Origin: Endomicrobiia bacterium
GTDB taxonomy: Bacteria; Elusimicrobiota; Endomicrobiia; DTEH01
Direction: 5' to 3'
Length of the DNA stretch: 64,000 nt
Assembly (NCBI GenBank): GCA_039630545.1
Contig: JBCNUU010000003.1
Coordinates: 34,582-98,581, forward strand
The translations under genes were made by a program, and so were the position numbers. The notes beneath the pieces are model-generated. The model was not told the origin of the DNA. It searched no databases and saw only the letters and a program-made list of their open reading frames with translations. Shown here piece after piece: positions 1 through 10,320 of this stretch. How positions within the stretch are numbered: the first letter of the stretch is position 1; every line of letters begins with the position of its first letter.

Positions 1-1
1 C

Positions 2-529
2 AGATAAAACTCCCGTGGGAGAATTCTCAACTGCAACGCTTTTTTCTATTTCTGCTTTTAATAACTCAATTGCTTTAAGATATGGCTCAGGGTGAGGTTT
101 TCTTTTTTTTATTTTGTCTGCTGTGATTATGACATCAAAATTTACTTTTATATCTTCTGGTAAGTCTTTTTCTATTATCTCCTTATCTGAACTTGTAACT
201 AAAGCTAACTTCTTGTTTGATTTTTTTAAATCTTTTATTAACTGCGGTACTTCCTTAAAAGGTTTTATAAATTTTATATATTTTTTTAAAAAGATATTTT
301 TTTGATCTGAAAGAATTTTTTTAAATGTTTCTTCATCAATGGATAAGTTTTTGTTTTCAAATAATTTCTTTATTACTTCAAACTCTATAGAACCTTCATT
401 TAGATAAACTTCTTCTTTTGTAAAATAAACATTATATAAAGAAAATGCTTCAATCCATGCTTGAGCATGATATGGCATACTGTCAAGTATAACTCCATCT
501 AAATCAAAAAATATGTACCTGTAGCACAT
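2..529 (-). CDS. HAD-family phosphatase (beta-PGM-like), runs off window start
   Basis: Hand translation of minus strand from ATG 529: MCYRYIFFDLDGVILDSMPYHAQAW (HAD motif I DxDGV); later KPHPEPY motif. Not in the ORF track because the stop is outside the window. Confidence 0.85.
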   Translation of the reverse strand, partial: MCYRYIFFDLDGVILDSMPYHAQAWIEAFSLYNVYFTKEEVYLNEGSIEFEVIKKLFENKNLSIDEETFKKILSDQKNIFLKKYIKFIKPFKEVPQLIKDLKKSNKKLALVTSSDKEIIEKDLPEDIKVNFDVIITADKIKKRKPHPEPYLKAIELLKAEIEKSVAVENSPTGVLS

Positions 530-577
530 AAGAACAGGCGGTTTTAAAAATTACCTTTTGGATGAGAATTTTATGCT

Positions 578-1999
578 TTAAAATCTATAAACTAAGCTTA
601 ACGAAGAGTTTAGGGTTTCAGGAACTCCGCTTATTAAATATGTCCCTGTAAATAAAACCTCCTGCCTAACAAAAGCATCAAGAGATAATGAATTTGTGAT
701 GTTTAACCCCAAACCTAATGAAACATCTACAACATCCTCTGCTGAAGAAACAGTAACATTGCTTTTTGTTTCTCTTGCAGGATTTCCAGCTGTGAAGTCA
801 TCTGGATCTTTTATTTCATAAGAATCTATTGATATGATATTATATCTTACTCCCAATCTTCCAGTTAAAACTTTTAAAAAATTACTTTCAAAAGCTACAT
901 TGACCGGAATATAAATAAACTGCCTTGAAACTTCATATTCTTCTTCTTTCCGATTAGCAGAAAACTGACTAGCTTTAGCGTATGTGTTTATGTTAAAAAC
1001 ACTTAATGCTAGAATCATTTTTGTTTTTTGGTTAAGGTCAGTATTAAGGGCTGCTGTAAATAAGATGTTGCTGTATTTTTCGTCTCTTTCTTGTTTTAAA
1101 GTTTCGGCTAGATCATAGGTTCCATTTCTGTTTGAATCAACTTTTGAGACAAAACTATTAGGTAAACTTGAAAGATAATAGGTTAGAAAAAGAAGCATTT
1201 TAGATGAACCAGAAACTTTATATATTCCCCTTAAATTCATATCTAAGTTAAAACCAGTATTTGTCTTTAAAGAATGTTCTTCATTTTCAATGGTAGGAGA
1301 AATAGTTTCTACTTCTTCTATTATGGAATTTCCTACATAAGGAAAACCAACTCCTACTGAAGCATCAATTTCGGAAAAAGGTCCTACATTTTCAAAAACT
1401 TTACCAGCATATATATTAAACTCTACAGAAGCTCTTGTAGTTTTTACTGTTCCACTGGTAGCTTGTCCTTCGTATTTATGAATTCTTTCTTCAATGTTAT
1501 TTGCATAGTTAAACCATAAAGTAACCGCTGGCATATGATAAATCAAATCAAACTTTTTTTGTGGCTCTAAAACACCAACTGAAACAGTTCCAGTAGCTGT
1601 TACATCTATACTTGTTCTTCCCAGATCCGAAGGAAAATGTACATCTCCAATTACACCACCTATTTGAGAAATAAAACTAAACTGAGGTCTTCCTATAAAA
1701 ACACCTAAAACCGAATTTTTAGATATTAAGTCTAAAGGATAAACTAAACCACCCCAGCTGTCAGAAATACTGAGGTTTTTATTCAGCACAGGTTGAGCTG
1801 CAACACTTTCAACCTCTCCAAGTTCACAAATAAAACTTCTCTTATAATCAACTATCCTTGCAGGATTTACCCAGATAAATGTATCATCTTTCTCTATCAT
1901 CCAGCTGTCAATGTTTAAACTTTGAATTCTTGAGTTAGTGGCAAAACCTAAACAGATAAAAGCATTTACACACAATAACACTGTCAAAAATTTTTTCAT
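578..1999 (-). CDS. Secreted hypothetical protein, probable outer-membrane beta-barrel
   Basis: Signal peptide, amphipathic beta-strand pattern, C-terminal aromatic (VYRF); GGAGG RBS. Confidence 0.55.
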   Translation of the reverse strand: MKKFLTVLLCVNAFICLGFATNSRIQSLNIDSWMIEKDDTFIWVNPARIVDYKRSFICELGEVESVAAQPVLNKNLSISDSWGGLVYPLDLISKNSVLGVFIGRPQFSFISQIGGVIGDVHFPSDLGRTSIDVTATGTVSVGVLEPQKKFDLIYHMPAVTLWFNYANNIEERIHKYEGQATSGTVKTTRASVEFNIYAGKVFENVGPFSEIDASVGVGFPYVGNSIIEEVETISPTIENEEHSLKTNTGFNLDMNLRGIYKVSGSSKMLLFLTYYLSSLPNSFVSKVDSNRNGTYDLAETLKQERDEKYSNILFTAALNTDLNQKTKMILALSVFNINTYAKASQFSANRKEEEYEVSRQFIYIPVNVAFESNFLKVLTGRLGVRYNIISIDSYEIKDPDDFTAGNPARETKSNVTVSSAEDVVDVSLGLGLNITNSLSLDAFVRQEVLFTGTYLISGVPETLNSSLSLVYRF

Positions 2000-2091
2000 G
2001 ATTTTTACCTCCTTGAATTAGAGTTATAAAAGAGTTTAGGATAAGATTTTATTATAATTTTTTACTATTTATTTCTTTCTTTTTCAATATC

Positions 2092-3387
2092 TCAAATCAA
2101 TTTTCCATATACATCATAAATGTCTGCTTTTTCTATTTTTATATTCTCTACAAGATCATCTGATTTGCCCGAAAAGTAAACTCTACCATCTATCTCCGGA
2201 CATTGGAACTCTGTATGACCGAAAGTATCACTGTCGCATAAAACTTTATATATTTTGTTTACCCTTGATAAATTTTTTTTATAAGTAATCTTTTGCTGGG
2301 TTGACATAATTGTTGTGTATCTTTCTTTTTTTATTCTGTAGGGAATTTTAGGATATAAATCCTGAGCTTTTGTATTTTTTTGTAAAGAAAACATGAATGT
2401 TCCCAACCAGTCAAACTCAAGCTGTTTTATATCCTCAAGCAAAACTTCAAAGTCTCTGTCTGTTTCCTGTGGAAAACCAACTATCACTGTTGTTCTTAAC
2501 GCAATATTTTTTACTTTCTTTTTTAATCTCTCTACAAGTTTTAAAATATCTGCTCTTGTTGTGTTTCTTCCCATGAGAGACAAAATTTTATCTGATGTAT
2601 GTTGTATCGGCATATCAATGTATTTACAAACTTTTTCATTGTTTGCAATTTCATAAATTAACTCATCATAAAAATGTCCAGGATGAGTGTAAAGAATTCT
2701 TATCCATAAAAGCTCTTTTATTTTAGACAACTTAGAAACAAGAACATGAAGCATTTTTTTCTTATAAATTTTAGTTCCATACCTTGTTGTATCATTAGAC
2801 ACAAGAATTATTTCTTTTGTTCCTCCTGAAACTAACTTTTGAGCTTCTTTAACCACATCTTCAACTTCTCTTTCCCTGTAGGGACCTCTAATTGCAGGAA
2901 TTAAACAATAAGAACATCTGTTGTCACAGCCGTCTGCTATTTTTATGTAGGCATAACTTTTAGGCGTAGTTACAATTCTAGGCATTGAAGATTTATACAT
3001 AAAAACTGGTAAACTTGAAACGCTTATTATTTTTTTAGATGGATTTTCTATAAACTCAGAAATTTTACATATATCGGAAACTCCAAAAATTCCGTCTATC
3101 TCAGGATATTTTTTCAATAAGTTTTCTTTTTCAACCTGAGGAAGACATCCTATTATCAACAACTTAAAAGCTTTTATTTTTTTGTATTTTATAAGATTGT
3201 TTATATAGTGTTTTGCTTCCTTTCTTGCTTCTCCTATAAAACTACATGTATTGAGTATAACTATATCAGCAAAAATAGGCTTTTCTACAAATTCACAATT
3301 TTTTTCTTTAAGCAACCCTGATAAAACTTCGCTATCAACTAAATTTTTTGCACAGCCTAAAGAAATAATATGAACTTTTTTAGGCAT
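2092..3387 (-). CDS. rimO: Ribosomal protein S12 methylthiotransferase RimO
   Basis: SLGCAKNLVDSE, NTCSFI, radical SAM CDNRCSYC, C-terminal PEIDG. Confidence 0.92.
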   Translation of the reverse strand: MPKKVHIISLGCAKNLVDSEVLSGLLKEKNCEFVEKPIFADIVILNTCSFIGEARKEAKHYINNLIKYKKIKAFKLLIIGCLPQVEKENLLKKYPEIDGIFGVSDICKISEFIENPSKKIISVSSLPVFMYKSSMPRIVTTPKSYAYIKIADGCDNRCSYCLIPAIRGPYREREVEDVVKEAQKLVSGGTKEIILVSNDTTRYGTKIYKKKMLHVLVSKLSKIKELLWIRILYTHPGHFYDELIYEIANNEKVCKYIDMPIQHTSDKILSLMGRNTTRADILKLVERLKKKVKNIALRTTVIVGFPQETDRDFEVLLEDIKQLEFDWLGTFMFSLQKNTKAQDLYPKIPYRIKKERYTTIMSTQQKITYKKNLSRVNKIYKVLCDSDTFGHTEFQCPEIDGRVYFSGKSDDLVENIKIEKADIYDVYGKLI

Positions 3388-3462
3388 GGGATTAATTTAT
3401 AATAAATAACTTCGGATTAAAAATCAACAAAAGGCTTTCTTTTTAAAATGAAAAAAACAATT

Positions 3463-5058
3463 TTACCAAGGAATTCCACTTGGTGGGATAGTCTGCCAGA
3501 GTTTTCTAACTAACACTATATTTAAACTTGGCAGATTTAAATTTTCATCAAAAAAAACTATTGAGTACTCAGAAACTCCTGTTCCGCGCTGAACATTACC
3601 TACAACCCAGACAGCACCATATATATCCATTGGTCCTTCCATATTGTAGTTTCCTCCTACATAAAGAAACCCGGCTAAACCAACATCTGTATTTTTAGCC
3701 ACAGGCCCACCAGACCAGGTTTCTAACCCAAATCTAAAAACATTTCTTACCTGTTTTAAACCATTATCAGCAGGATATTGATTAAGAGAAGCAGTGTCTA
3801 TTTTCTGGTATTCCATATAAGCTTCGGGTGGTACTTTACATTCAGCATCAGTTAATCCTGTATTAGGATTTCCTGTCCACTTTAAGTTATCTCCTGTATA
3901 ATTTGTAAAATTACCACGAATAATAAGCTGTCCTTTAATTCCACACCCATTTTCTGCTGTACCTCCTGTCATTATCAAATCCCCATCATAATACCAAACA
4001 CGCCCGGCTAACTTAGCTGGGTGTCTCCATGGATTCTGCAGATGCGGCCTGCCATCATGGTTTTGTCCTGGATTTAAATTACAGGAAGATAAATTCTCAT
4101 ATGAAACTTGATTGTTGTCTGTCCTGACTGAAACTCTTTGCCAGTATTTAGGACCCCTGTAACTATTCATAGAAGAACACGCATAAAAATTTAGAGTATT
4201 TATTGTAGCTGAACTCATCACATTAAGAGTTGGATAATAATTTTTAAACCAACCAGCAGGAGGAGGAGCATTTGTGTTGTAAACTTTAAGCCACATAAAC
4301 CGTCTATAAGTTCTGCCGCCTGAAGTTATTGTATCAACATATTCCAGATAAGTGGCAACATTTACAGCAGCAGAAGAACTCAAAGCAGCAAAGTCTAAAA
4401 TTGGCAAATCAGGCACAGGATAGTCAGACCACCACTCAACATTATCTGTGTTAGGAGAATCAAGACCGTTGGTATCTCTTGGATAAGAAGGAACAGAAGA
4501 AACCACTCCCCTTGCAAATTTTCTTGGGTAGTATTTTCTTGCAATGTTAGCGTCTGTAATTTCTATGTTGCCGTGTGCCATTACAGGTCCCCAGTGACAT
4601 TCAAAAGCATTACCAAGATAAACATGTCCTCTTGAAATTATTGAGCCTGGAATTGTTAAATTTTTAAAAATTGCTTTTATAGCACGAACTTCAGAGGTAG
4701 TATTGTCCTTCCCTTCCGCAATAATCACAACGGATTTAGGCTCAGGACCACTTGAAAATTTTATTCTATACACACCTCCGGGAATATCATCGTACAATAC
4801 ATCAAAGTTATATCCTTCAACAGGAACGCCCGAAGCTATTCTGTTCCATGTATCTGTTGAACTTTTTATCTTCCATAAACCACGGTTTATACCTGCTTCA
4901 GCTAAGTTTGTGGCAAGACTTCTTCCTTCTTGTTTTTTTGCCATTTTTGTTTGATGTCTAACCCAATCTACTATCGTAGGAATAGCAATAACTAAAAACA
5001 AAGCTATTGCTATTACCATGGGTAAGACCTGTCCTTTTTTCATCCTTATTACCTCCAC
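3463..5058 (-). CDS. PilX-like minor pilin with large C-terminal domain
   Basis: KKGQVLPMVIAIALFL hydrophobic N-terminus and LAEAGINRG PilX-type motif; true start may be MKKGQ at 5043. Confidence 0.65.
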   Translation of the reverse strand: MEVIRMKKGQVLPMVIAIALFLVIAIPTIVDWVRHQTKMAKKQEGRSLATNLAEAGINRGLWKIKSSTDTWNRIASGVPVEGYNFDVLYDDIPGGVYRIKFSSGPEPKSVVIIAEGKDNTTSEVRAIKAIFKNLTIPGSIISRGHVYLGNAFECHWGPVMAHGNIEITDANIARKYYPRKFARGVVSSVPSYPRDTNGLDSPNTDNVEWWSDYPVPDLPILDFAALSSSAAVNVATYLEYVDTITSGGRTYRRFMWLKVYNTNAPPPAGWFKNYYPTLNVMSSATINTLNFYACSSMNSYRGPKYWQRVSVRTDNNQVSYENLSSCNLNPGQNHDGRPHLQNPWRHPAKLAGRVWYYDGDLIMTGGTAENGCGIKGQLIIRGNFTNYTGDNLKWTGNPNTGLTDAECKVPPEAYMEYQKIDTASLNQYPADNGLKQVRNVFRFGLETWSGGPVAKNTDVGLAGFLYVGGNYNMEGPMDIYGAVWVVGNVQRGTGVSEYSIVFFDENLNLPSLNIVLVRKLWQTIPPSGIPW

Positions 5059-5083
5059 AATCTACCTTCTACTTAAACTGCAG

Positions 5084-5578
5084 CTAATTCATAACCATTA
5101 CCTTTTCTGAAGCCATATGTAGAGCTTTTTTTCTTATTTCATAAAGATCTTTTTCAAGAGTAAGTGCTATAGAAACTATATTCATTTCATAAGATCGGGG
5201 AAAAGTTACAGCAAAGTAAGTTATACTCTTAGAAAGCATCTTTGGCTGCATATTACCAATTTTTTCATAAAGTGTTCTTCCAACTTGATAGTAGGAAACA
5301 AAGAGACCGTCAACCGTGTAGAAGTCAATTTTTGAATAAGGAGGCTGTTGAGAGTTATACCTACTTATAACAATTGTGTTACTTCTACCATTTCTTAGGT
5401 TTCTCATTATAAGTTCAAGAATTGTTCTTGCTTCTTCTTGAAGTTCTTTCTGAACTAGAGTAATTCTATAAAAACGCCATATTTGTAAAAACAAAGAAGA
5501 CACACTCAAAGACAAAATTCCAAACATTGTCACTATTATCATTAACTCAACAAGGGTCCAACCTTTTTTATTATTCAT
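5084..5578 (-). CDS. Prepilin-type N-terminal cleavage/methylation protein (PilW/GspJ-like)
   Basis: KKGWTLVELM class III signal peptide. Confidence 0.85.
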   Translation of the reverse strand: MNNKKGWTLVELMIIVTMFGILSLSVSSLFLQIWRFYRITLVQKELQEEARTILELIMRNLRNGRSNTIVISRYNSQQPPYSKIDFYTVDGLFVSYYQVGRTLYEKIGNMQPKMLSKSITYFAVTFPRSYEMNIVSIALTLEKDLYEIRKKALHMASEKVMVMN

Positions 5579-5587
5579 AAACTTTAA

Positions 5588-8116
5588 TTACCAGCTAAAA
5601 TTTCTATTTGTTACCTCGCTTCCTGGAGGTACAAGTATATTTAGTATTTCTCTCCTTGAAACATTAGGATTTCCGTTAGCATCATAGGTTGTGTAATAAC
5701 CATAAAGGTTATACCTTGTCACAGTAGAACCTATAACTTCTAATACATAAGTTCCGTCTTCGTAGCTGCTTGTTAAAAAATATGCTGCTGAAGTCAAAGT
5801 AGCAGTTGACAAAACAGGTGGTGTTATAATTGTAGCTGTAGAAGCAATTATTAGCACTCCTGTTGAGATTGGTTTTCCAGAAGCTGTAACTTTACCAGAG
5901 ATTTTTCCCATAGTACCTGTGATAGTAAAAGTTCCTGCAAAGACATTAACTCCTGCTGTAACAGTAACTGTGGAAACTGCTGGGATTGAGGTTTCTTTGG
6001 CACTAAGAATTGGTTTTATATAATATGTTCCTGAAGAAAGATTTGAGATGTAAAATCTTCCGTTGTTGTCTGAGACATCTTCACCAACTACAAATCCTTC
6101 TATGGTAGTTGCAACTATTGGAATTCCTTCCAGAGGATTAATTCTATCTATAGTAACAAACCCTGTGACTTTACCACCCTGAGACAAAATAAAATTCACA
6201 CCTGAGGTAATTTGAGCTCTTTTTACCTCAACATTTTCTCTTCTTAAAGAAACATAAAGTGGGTTAAGATTGTGGGGATTACAGGTTACAGTATAAATTC
6301 CAGTTGAAGAGGCTAAAAAATAAAATCCTAAAGAGTTCGTATAAGTAAAACCTCCTGGAGTTTCAACTTTTATACCACCTAATGGTTGGCCTAATAAATT
6401 AAGGACTCTTCCGGAAATAAATCCAAGCTCTGTAGAAGAAGAAAGTTGAGTATAAAAATAAGGTGCATACCAAGCTGGCGAAGTAAAAGCGTTTGGTATG
6501 CCCAAAGCCGTAGTACCACCTACATTTACATTGTTTATTTCTGTATGCCGTTCATTACTTGAAATCATTACACTCCAGCTACCTGTAGCAACATTTAAGA
6601 GAAAAAACAAAGCAACCGGTGGATCTCCGTAAGGCACTGCAGAAGTAACCTCAGAAACTCCATCATTACAAGAAATAATACTTCCAAAACCTGGACGTCC
6701 TGTTAGTGGAGGAAAACTATCCTGAGAATTTTTTGGAGCAATTTGAATAGGACGCTGAGCACCTGCAAAATCTTTGTTGTTGTTATCTGAATCATAACAG
6801 TTTCCCCAGCCAGAAATAAAAACATTAAATGTGGAAACTTTTCTTATATATTGCTCGTCTTCTTCAAGACCAAAATTTTGATCTATACCGTCTGTTTCAT
6901 ATAGAGGTGCTGTTCTTTTTGCATTTATGTTATCATTCAACAAAGCATCCCATCCTACTATATCTATAGGAGTATCTGAAGGTATATGGTATAACACTAT
7001 ACTTCCTCCGGCGTAACGAATGTTGTTTTCATCATAAGTTTTTATTATGTTCGGATACTCTGGATCTGTATTAGAGAAAACAGCATCTGCTGTTTTTGTT
7101 ACTCCTGCAACTCTAACAGTAGTTGTGTTTGCTATAAGATAGTAACTAAAGGGAGGTAGTATTAATGTATTATAAACAAGCGGAATTTTTCGTAAAGTAT
7201 CTCCTACAAATGTGGACTGATATTTTATACCTATGATACCAGAAGACACAGAAACAGCCATCTGCCAGTAAAAAGTAGTTGGATTATAAAGCTCTATATA
7301 TTCCTGAACAAACCCATTAGGCGCTCTTGTAGAACCCACAATTTGGGAAATTACGATTCTATCGTTAATCCATACATATCCATACACGGTACCTGTAGAT
7401 ATAGGCTGTAAATCAAAGTTTAATGTTTGAGGATTTGCTCCTACTGTAATCTGTTTTATTGAAGGATAAAATCCTCTAAGAGTGGCCATAACATTATATG
7501 TTCCAAAAGGTACTCTTATACTATAATCTCCTGCAGCGTTAGTATAGTCCCTGCATCCAATATTCTCTGCTACAACAACTAAAGCATCTTTTAGGCCTTG
7601 CAAATTAGCTGCATTTCTTACTTTCCCCATTATCTGACCTCTAAAAGCCTCCATAGATGGGTTTGCTTCTATACTCTTAAGTGTAACATACTTCTTTCCA
7701 AAAGGAGAATCATACACAACTGATACCTGAATAGACTTCATTCCTTGATCAGGAGATCCTGGAGGAAGGGGATGAATTTTTCCGTCAATCTCCTGAACAG
7801 AACAGACATAAGTAAATCTTTTAAAATTGATTCCTCCTTCAAGAATATTTTCTGGTGGAAAATACTCTGTATCATATGGGATAGGCGGAGTTACTTCTGT
7901 ATAATAAGAAGGAGCTGGAGTTACTAATATTCTATGATAAGGTTTTTGACGCAAAATTTGAATTTTTTCTTGAGCAAGATTTGTTGCTAAAGTTTTAGCT
8001 TTTGAAGATATTATACTTTTTGAAATATTTGTAAAACTTCCAACAAATACTAAAACTGTGACACTCAATATAACTAATGCAGCAACAAGCTCTACTAAAG
8101 TTACACCTTTTTTCAT
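5588..8116 (-). CDS. Large prepilin-type protein (PilV-like N-terminus) with carboxypeptidase-regulatory-like repeats and a lamin-tail-like domain
   Basis: KKGVTLVELV; repeated G.I.G.V...T...G.Y modules; EYIELYNPT lamin-tail motif. Confidence 0.75.
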   Translation of the reverse strand: MKKGVTLVELVAALVILSVTVLVFVGSFTNISKSIISSKAKTLATNLAQEKIQILRQKPYHRILVTPAPSYYTEVTPPIPYDTEYFPPENILEGGINFKRFTYVCSVQEIDGKIHPLPPGSPDQGMKSIQVSVVYDSPFGKKYVTLKSIEANPSMEAFRGQIMGKVRNAANLQGLKDALVVVAENIGCRDYTNAAGDYSIRVPFGTYNVMATLRGFYPSIKQITVGANPQTLNFDLQPISTGTVYGYVWINDRIVISQIVGSTRAPNGFVQEYIELYNPTTFYWQMAVSVSSGIIGIKYQSTFVGDTLRKIPLVYNTLILPPFSYYLIANTTTVRVAGVTKTADAVFSNTDPEYPNIIKTYDENNIRYAGGSIVLYHIPSDTPIDIVGWDALLNDNINAKRTAPLYETDGIDQNFGLEEDEQYIRKVSTFNVFISGWGNCYDSDNNNKDFAGAQRPIQIAPKNSQDSFPPLTGRPGFGSIISCNDGVSEVTSAVPYGDPPVALFFLLNVATGSWSVMISSNERHTEINNVNVGGTTALGIPNAFTSPAWYAPYFYTQLSSSTELGFISGRVLNLLGQPLGGIKVETPGGFTYTNSLGFYFLASSTGIYTVTCNPHNLNPLYVSLRRENVEVKRAQITSGVNFILSQGGKVTGFVTIDRINPLEGIPIVATTIEGFVVGEDVSDNNGRFYISNLSSGTYYIKPILSAKETSIPAVSTVTVTAGVNVFAGTFTITGTMGKISGKVTASGKPISTGVLIIASTATIITPPVLSTATLTSAAYFLTSSYEDGTYVLEVIGSTVTRYNLYGYYTTYDANGNPNVSRREILNILVPPGSEVTNRNFSW

Positions 8117-8301
8117 TTCCTATATATATTTATATACACAAAAATAAAAAAAGACAACTTTTATTTCAAAATTTTTTATTAAATTTTAAAATGTCTTTAC
8201 ATATCTTAAAATTTTTTAAAAAATAGGTTTAAATTACACTTACATAATTTTTACAAAGAACAAATAGACGAAAACATTTACTTCCTGAAAGCATAAAATT
8301 T

Positions 8302-8556
8302 CTATATAAAAAACTTTTTCTCGGAAAATTTACTAATCATTAAGGTTTGAATTTTCTTTAATCCATCATTTAAAAGATCTTTAAGAATTTTCTGAAGTTT
8401 TGCTATATCTAAACCTGGATTTAGCACTATCTCTTCAACTTCCATCTTACCGTTTATCTTAACCTTCACTCCTTCTTTCTCAACCACTATACTTTCTTTA
8501 GATAAAGTTTCATTTAACTCTTTAAGCATCTTTATATTTTTAAAAAATTCAAACAT
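8302..8556 (-). CDS. YbaB/EbfC family nucleoid-associated protein
   Basis: GVKVKINGKMEVEEIVLNP pattern; AAGGAG upstream of ATG 8556. Confidence 0.75.
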   Translation of the reverse strand: MFEFFKNIKMLKELNETLSKESIVVEKEGVKVKINGKMEVEEIVLNPGLDIAKLQKILKDLLNDGLKKIQTLMISKFSEKKFFI

Positions 8557-8590
8557 ACATCTCACTCCTTTCTGATAGATAAAACAATTT

Positions 8591-9298
8591 TTAATTTTTT
8601 GCTTTAATTTTCAATCCAATCCCTTCAGCATATACTATGTTCTTGTTATCATCCAGATAAACAAAAAATGTCACCAAATATGGTAAAACCAATTTTATCT
8701 TATGAAGGTGGTTGCTTTTTTCTCTTCCCAGGTAATATAATTTTATTTTTTCTATTTTCATCTTTTCTTTATCTATAAAATTGAATTCGCATTCATTTAT
8801 TTTTTCAAAATCCCAGAGAGTAGATACTAATGGAATAGCATTTCCTGCGGTCAAAATTGGGTATTTAAATTCAAATTTTTTTTCTTTTGTTTTTTTCTCT
8901 TTTTTAGTAATTTTACATTCATATACATCATTTTTTATAAGTTTATTTTCCATCACAGTAATGATTTCTTTTTTTCCTTCTATTATTGTAAGCATCATAG
9001 AATTCAATGGAGTTAAATCATTAAAGTTATATTCTTCAATCTCATAATTTTTGGTTTTCCCCATGAAAAACAGAATTGGTATGTCAGCATAGCTATCTAT
9101 CTCACTATATATCTTCACATTTTCAGAACTTACAAAGGATGAAATAGAAACATTTATAAATCCAACTTCTTTTTCTCCACTAAAAATCACAAAACTATAA
9201 GTCTTAAAAAACTTTTCAAAATTTTCCCCATATATAAAATAAAAAAACATCTGAAAAATAAATAACTTTATAGTTTGTTTCACATGAAACATTTTCAT
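8591..9298 (-). CDS. Hypothetical exported protein
   Basis: 235-aa ORF with hydrophobic N-terminus; no family recognised. Confidence 0.5.
   Translation of the reverse strand: MKMFHVKQTIKLFIFQMFFYFIYGENFEKFFKTYSFVIFSGEKEVGFINVSISSFVSSENVKIYSEIDSYADIPILFFMGKTKNYEIEEYNFNDLTPLNSMMLTIIEGKKEIITVMENKLIKNDVYECKITKKEKKTKEKKFEFKYPILTAGNAIPLVSTLWDFEKINECEFNFIDKEKMKIEKIKLYYLGREKSNHLHKIKLVLPYLVTFFVYLDDNKNIVYAEGIGLKIKAKN
9276..9291. promoter_or_regulatory. parS centromere-like site
   Basis: TGTTTCACATGAAACA, 15/16 match to consensus TGTTTCACGTGAAACA. Confidence 0.8.
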
Positions 9299-9330
9299 AT
9301 TAATTCAACCTCTACAAGCATAATTTCAAA

Positions 9331-9747
9331 TTATTCTCCAATAATTTTAACGAGTACTTTTTTTGGCCTTTGGCCATCAAATTCTCCATAAAAAATCTGT
9401 TCCCATGGACCCAAGTCAAGCTTTCCATTTGTAACTGCAATAACTACTTCTCTTCCCATAATTGTTCTTTTCAAGTGGGCGTGTCCATTGTCTTCTCCAG
9501 TAAGGTTATGTCTATATAGACTTTCATCAGATGGAGCCAACTTCTCAAGCCAATTTTTAAAATCCCATTTTAAACCTTCTTCTTCATCATTTATAAACAC
9601 AGATGCTGTAATATGCATAGCATTTACAAGACATAAGCCTTCTTTTATTCCACTTTTTTTGACAATTTCTTCTACTTTTTTAGTGATGTTTATAAACTCA
9701 ATTTTATTTTTTGTGTTAAATAACAAGTATTCTGTAAAAAATTTCAT
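9331..9747 (-). CDS. yjbQ: YjbQ/UPF0047 family protein (secondary thiamine-phosphate synthase)
   Basis: [17 protein letters not shown] and [14 protein letters not shown] motifs. Confidence 0.9.
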   Translation of the reverse strand: MKFFTEYLLFNTKNKIEFINITKKVEEIVKKSGIKEGLCLVNAMHITASVFINDEEEGLKWDFKNWLEKLAPSDESLYRHNLTGEDNGHAHLKRTIMGREVVIAVTNGKLDLGPWEQIFYGEFDGQRPKKVLVKIIGE

Positions 9748-9759
9748 ATTTTATGTCCT

Positions 9760-10320
9760 CTTTCTATTTTGGAAATCTCATCACTTCTACTATAAAGCTT
9801 TCTTAAGATTAAAGTAAATTGTTAAATTTTTCTATAAGCTGTCTTTTTGGATTTTTTTTTGAATGTTTCAAATTCGAGAAATATTAATTTTCTAATTTTT
9901 TAAGCACATTAATATCGTTTCTTCATTTTTTCTCATACATTTCTTTAGACTTTCTATAAGATTGTAAAATCTGATGTTCTTTATTTAGATCTTTATATTC
10001 AATTTCTTTTTAAGCAAGCTTTCTATGTTTCTCAGGTTATTTACTTTTATTTATCTGGTTTTTAAGTGTTTAAGTTGTAGATGTAATTCTATCAATTATT
10101 TTGATTTTTTGTTTATAAATTAAAATTATCATTGTCTTTTAATCTGTGGAAAATGTGGATAAAAATTTTTTTTGTAAAAAACTTCTCGTAAATTCGTAAA
10201 AAATAAAAATTTTCAAAAGTAAAACTTAAAGTGGAAAAATAATAACATATAACACAAAAACTTTTTCTTTTAAAGAATTTATAAGTTTTATCCACAGCTT
10301 TCAAAAATTATTCACAAGTT
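9760..10320. other. Putative chromosomal replication origin (oriC)
   Basis: AT-rich non-coding gap; DnaA boxes TGTGGAAAA 10145-10153, TGTGGATAA 10154-10162, TTATCCACA 10288-10296, TTATTCACA 10308-10316; gene-orientation switch; parS nearby. Confidence 0.7.

Noticed and set aside
9780..10100. Recurrent TTTCTATAAG-like words left of the DnaA boxes as an iteron array
   Set aside because: Few copies, irregular spacing, AT-rich background; cannot be supported beyond being part of the origin gap.
10113..10304. 63-aa ORF in the putative origin
   Set aside because: Low-complexity translation of DnaA-box DNA (VDK and IHIFH are the boxes); TTG start and no RBS.
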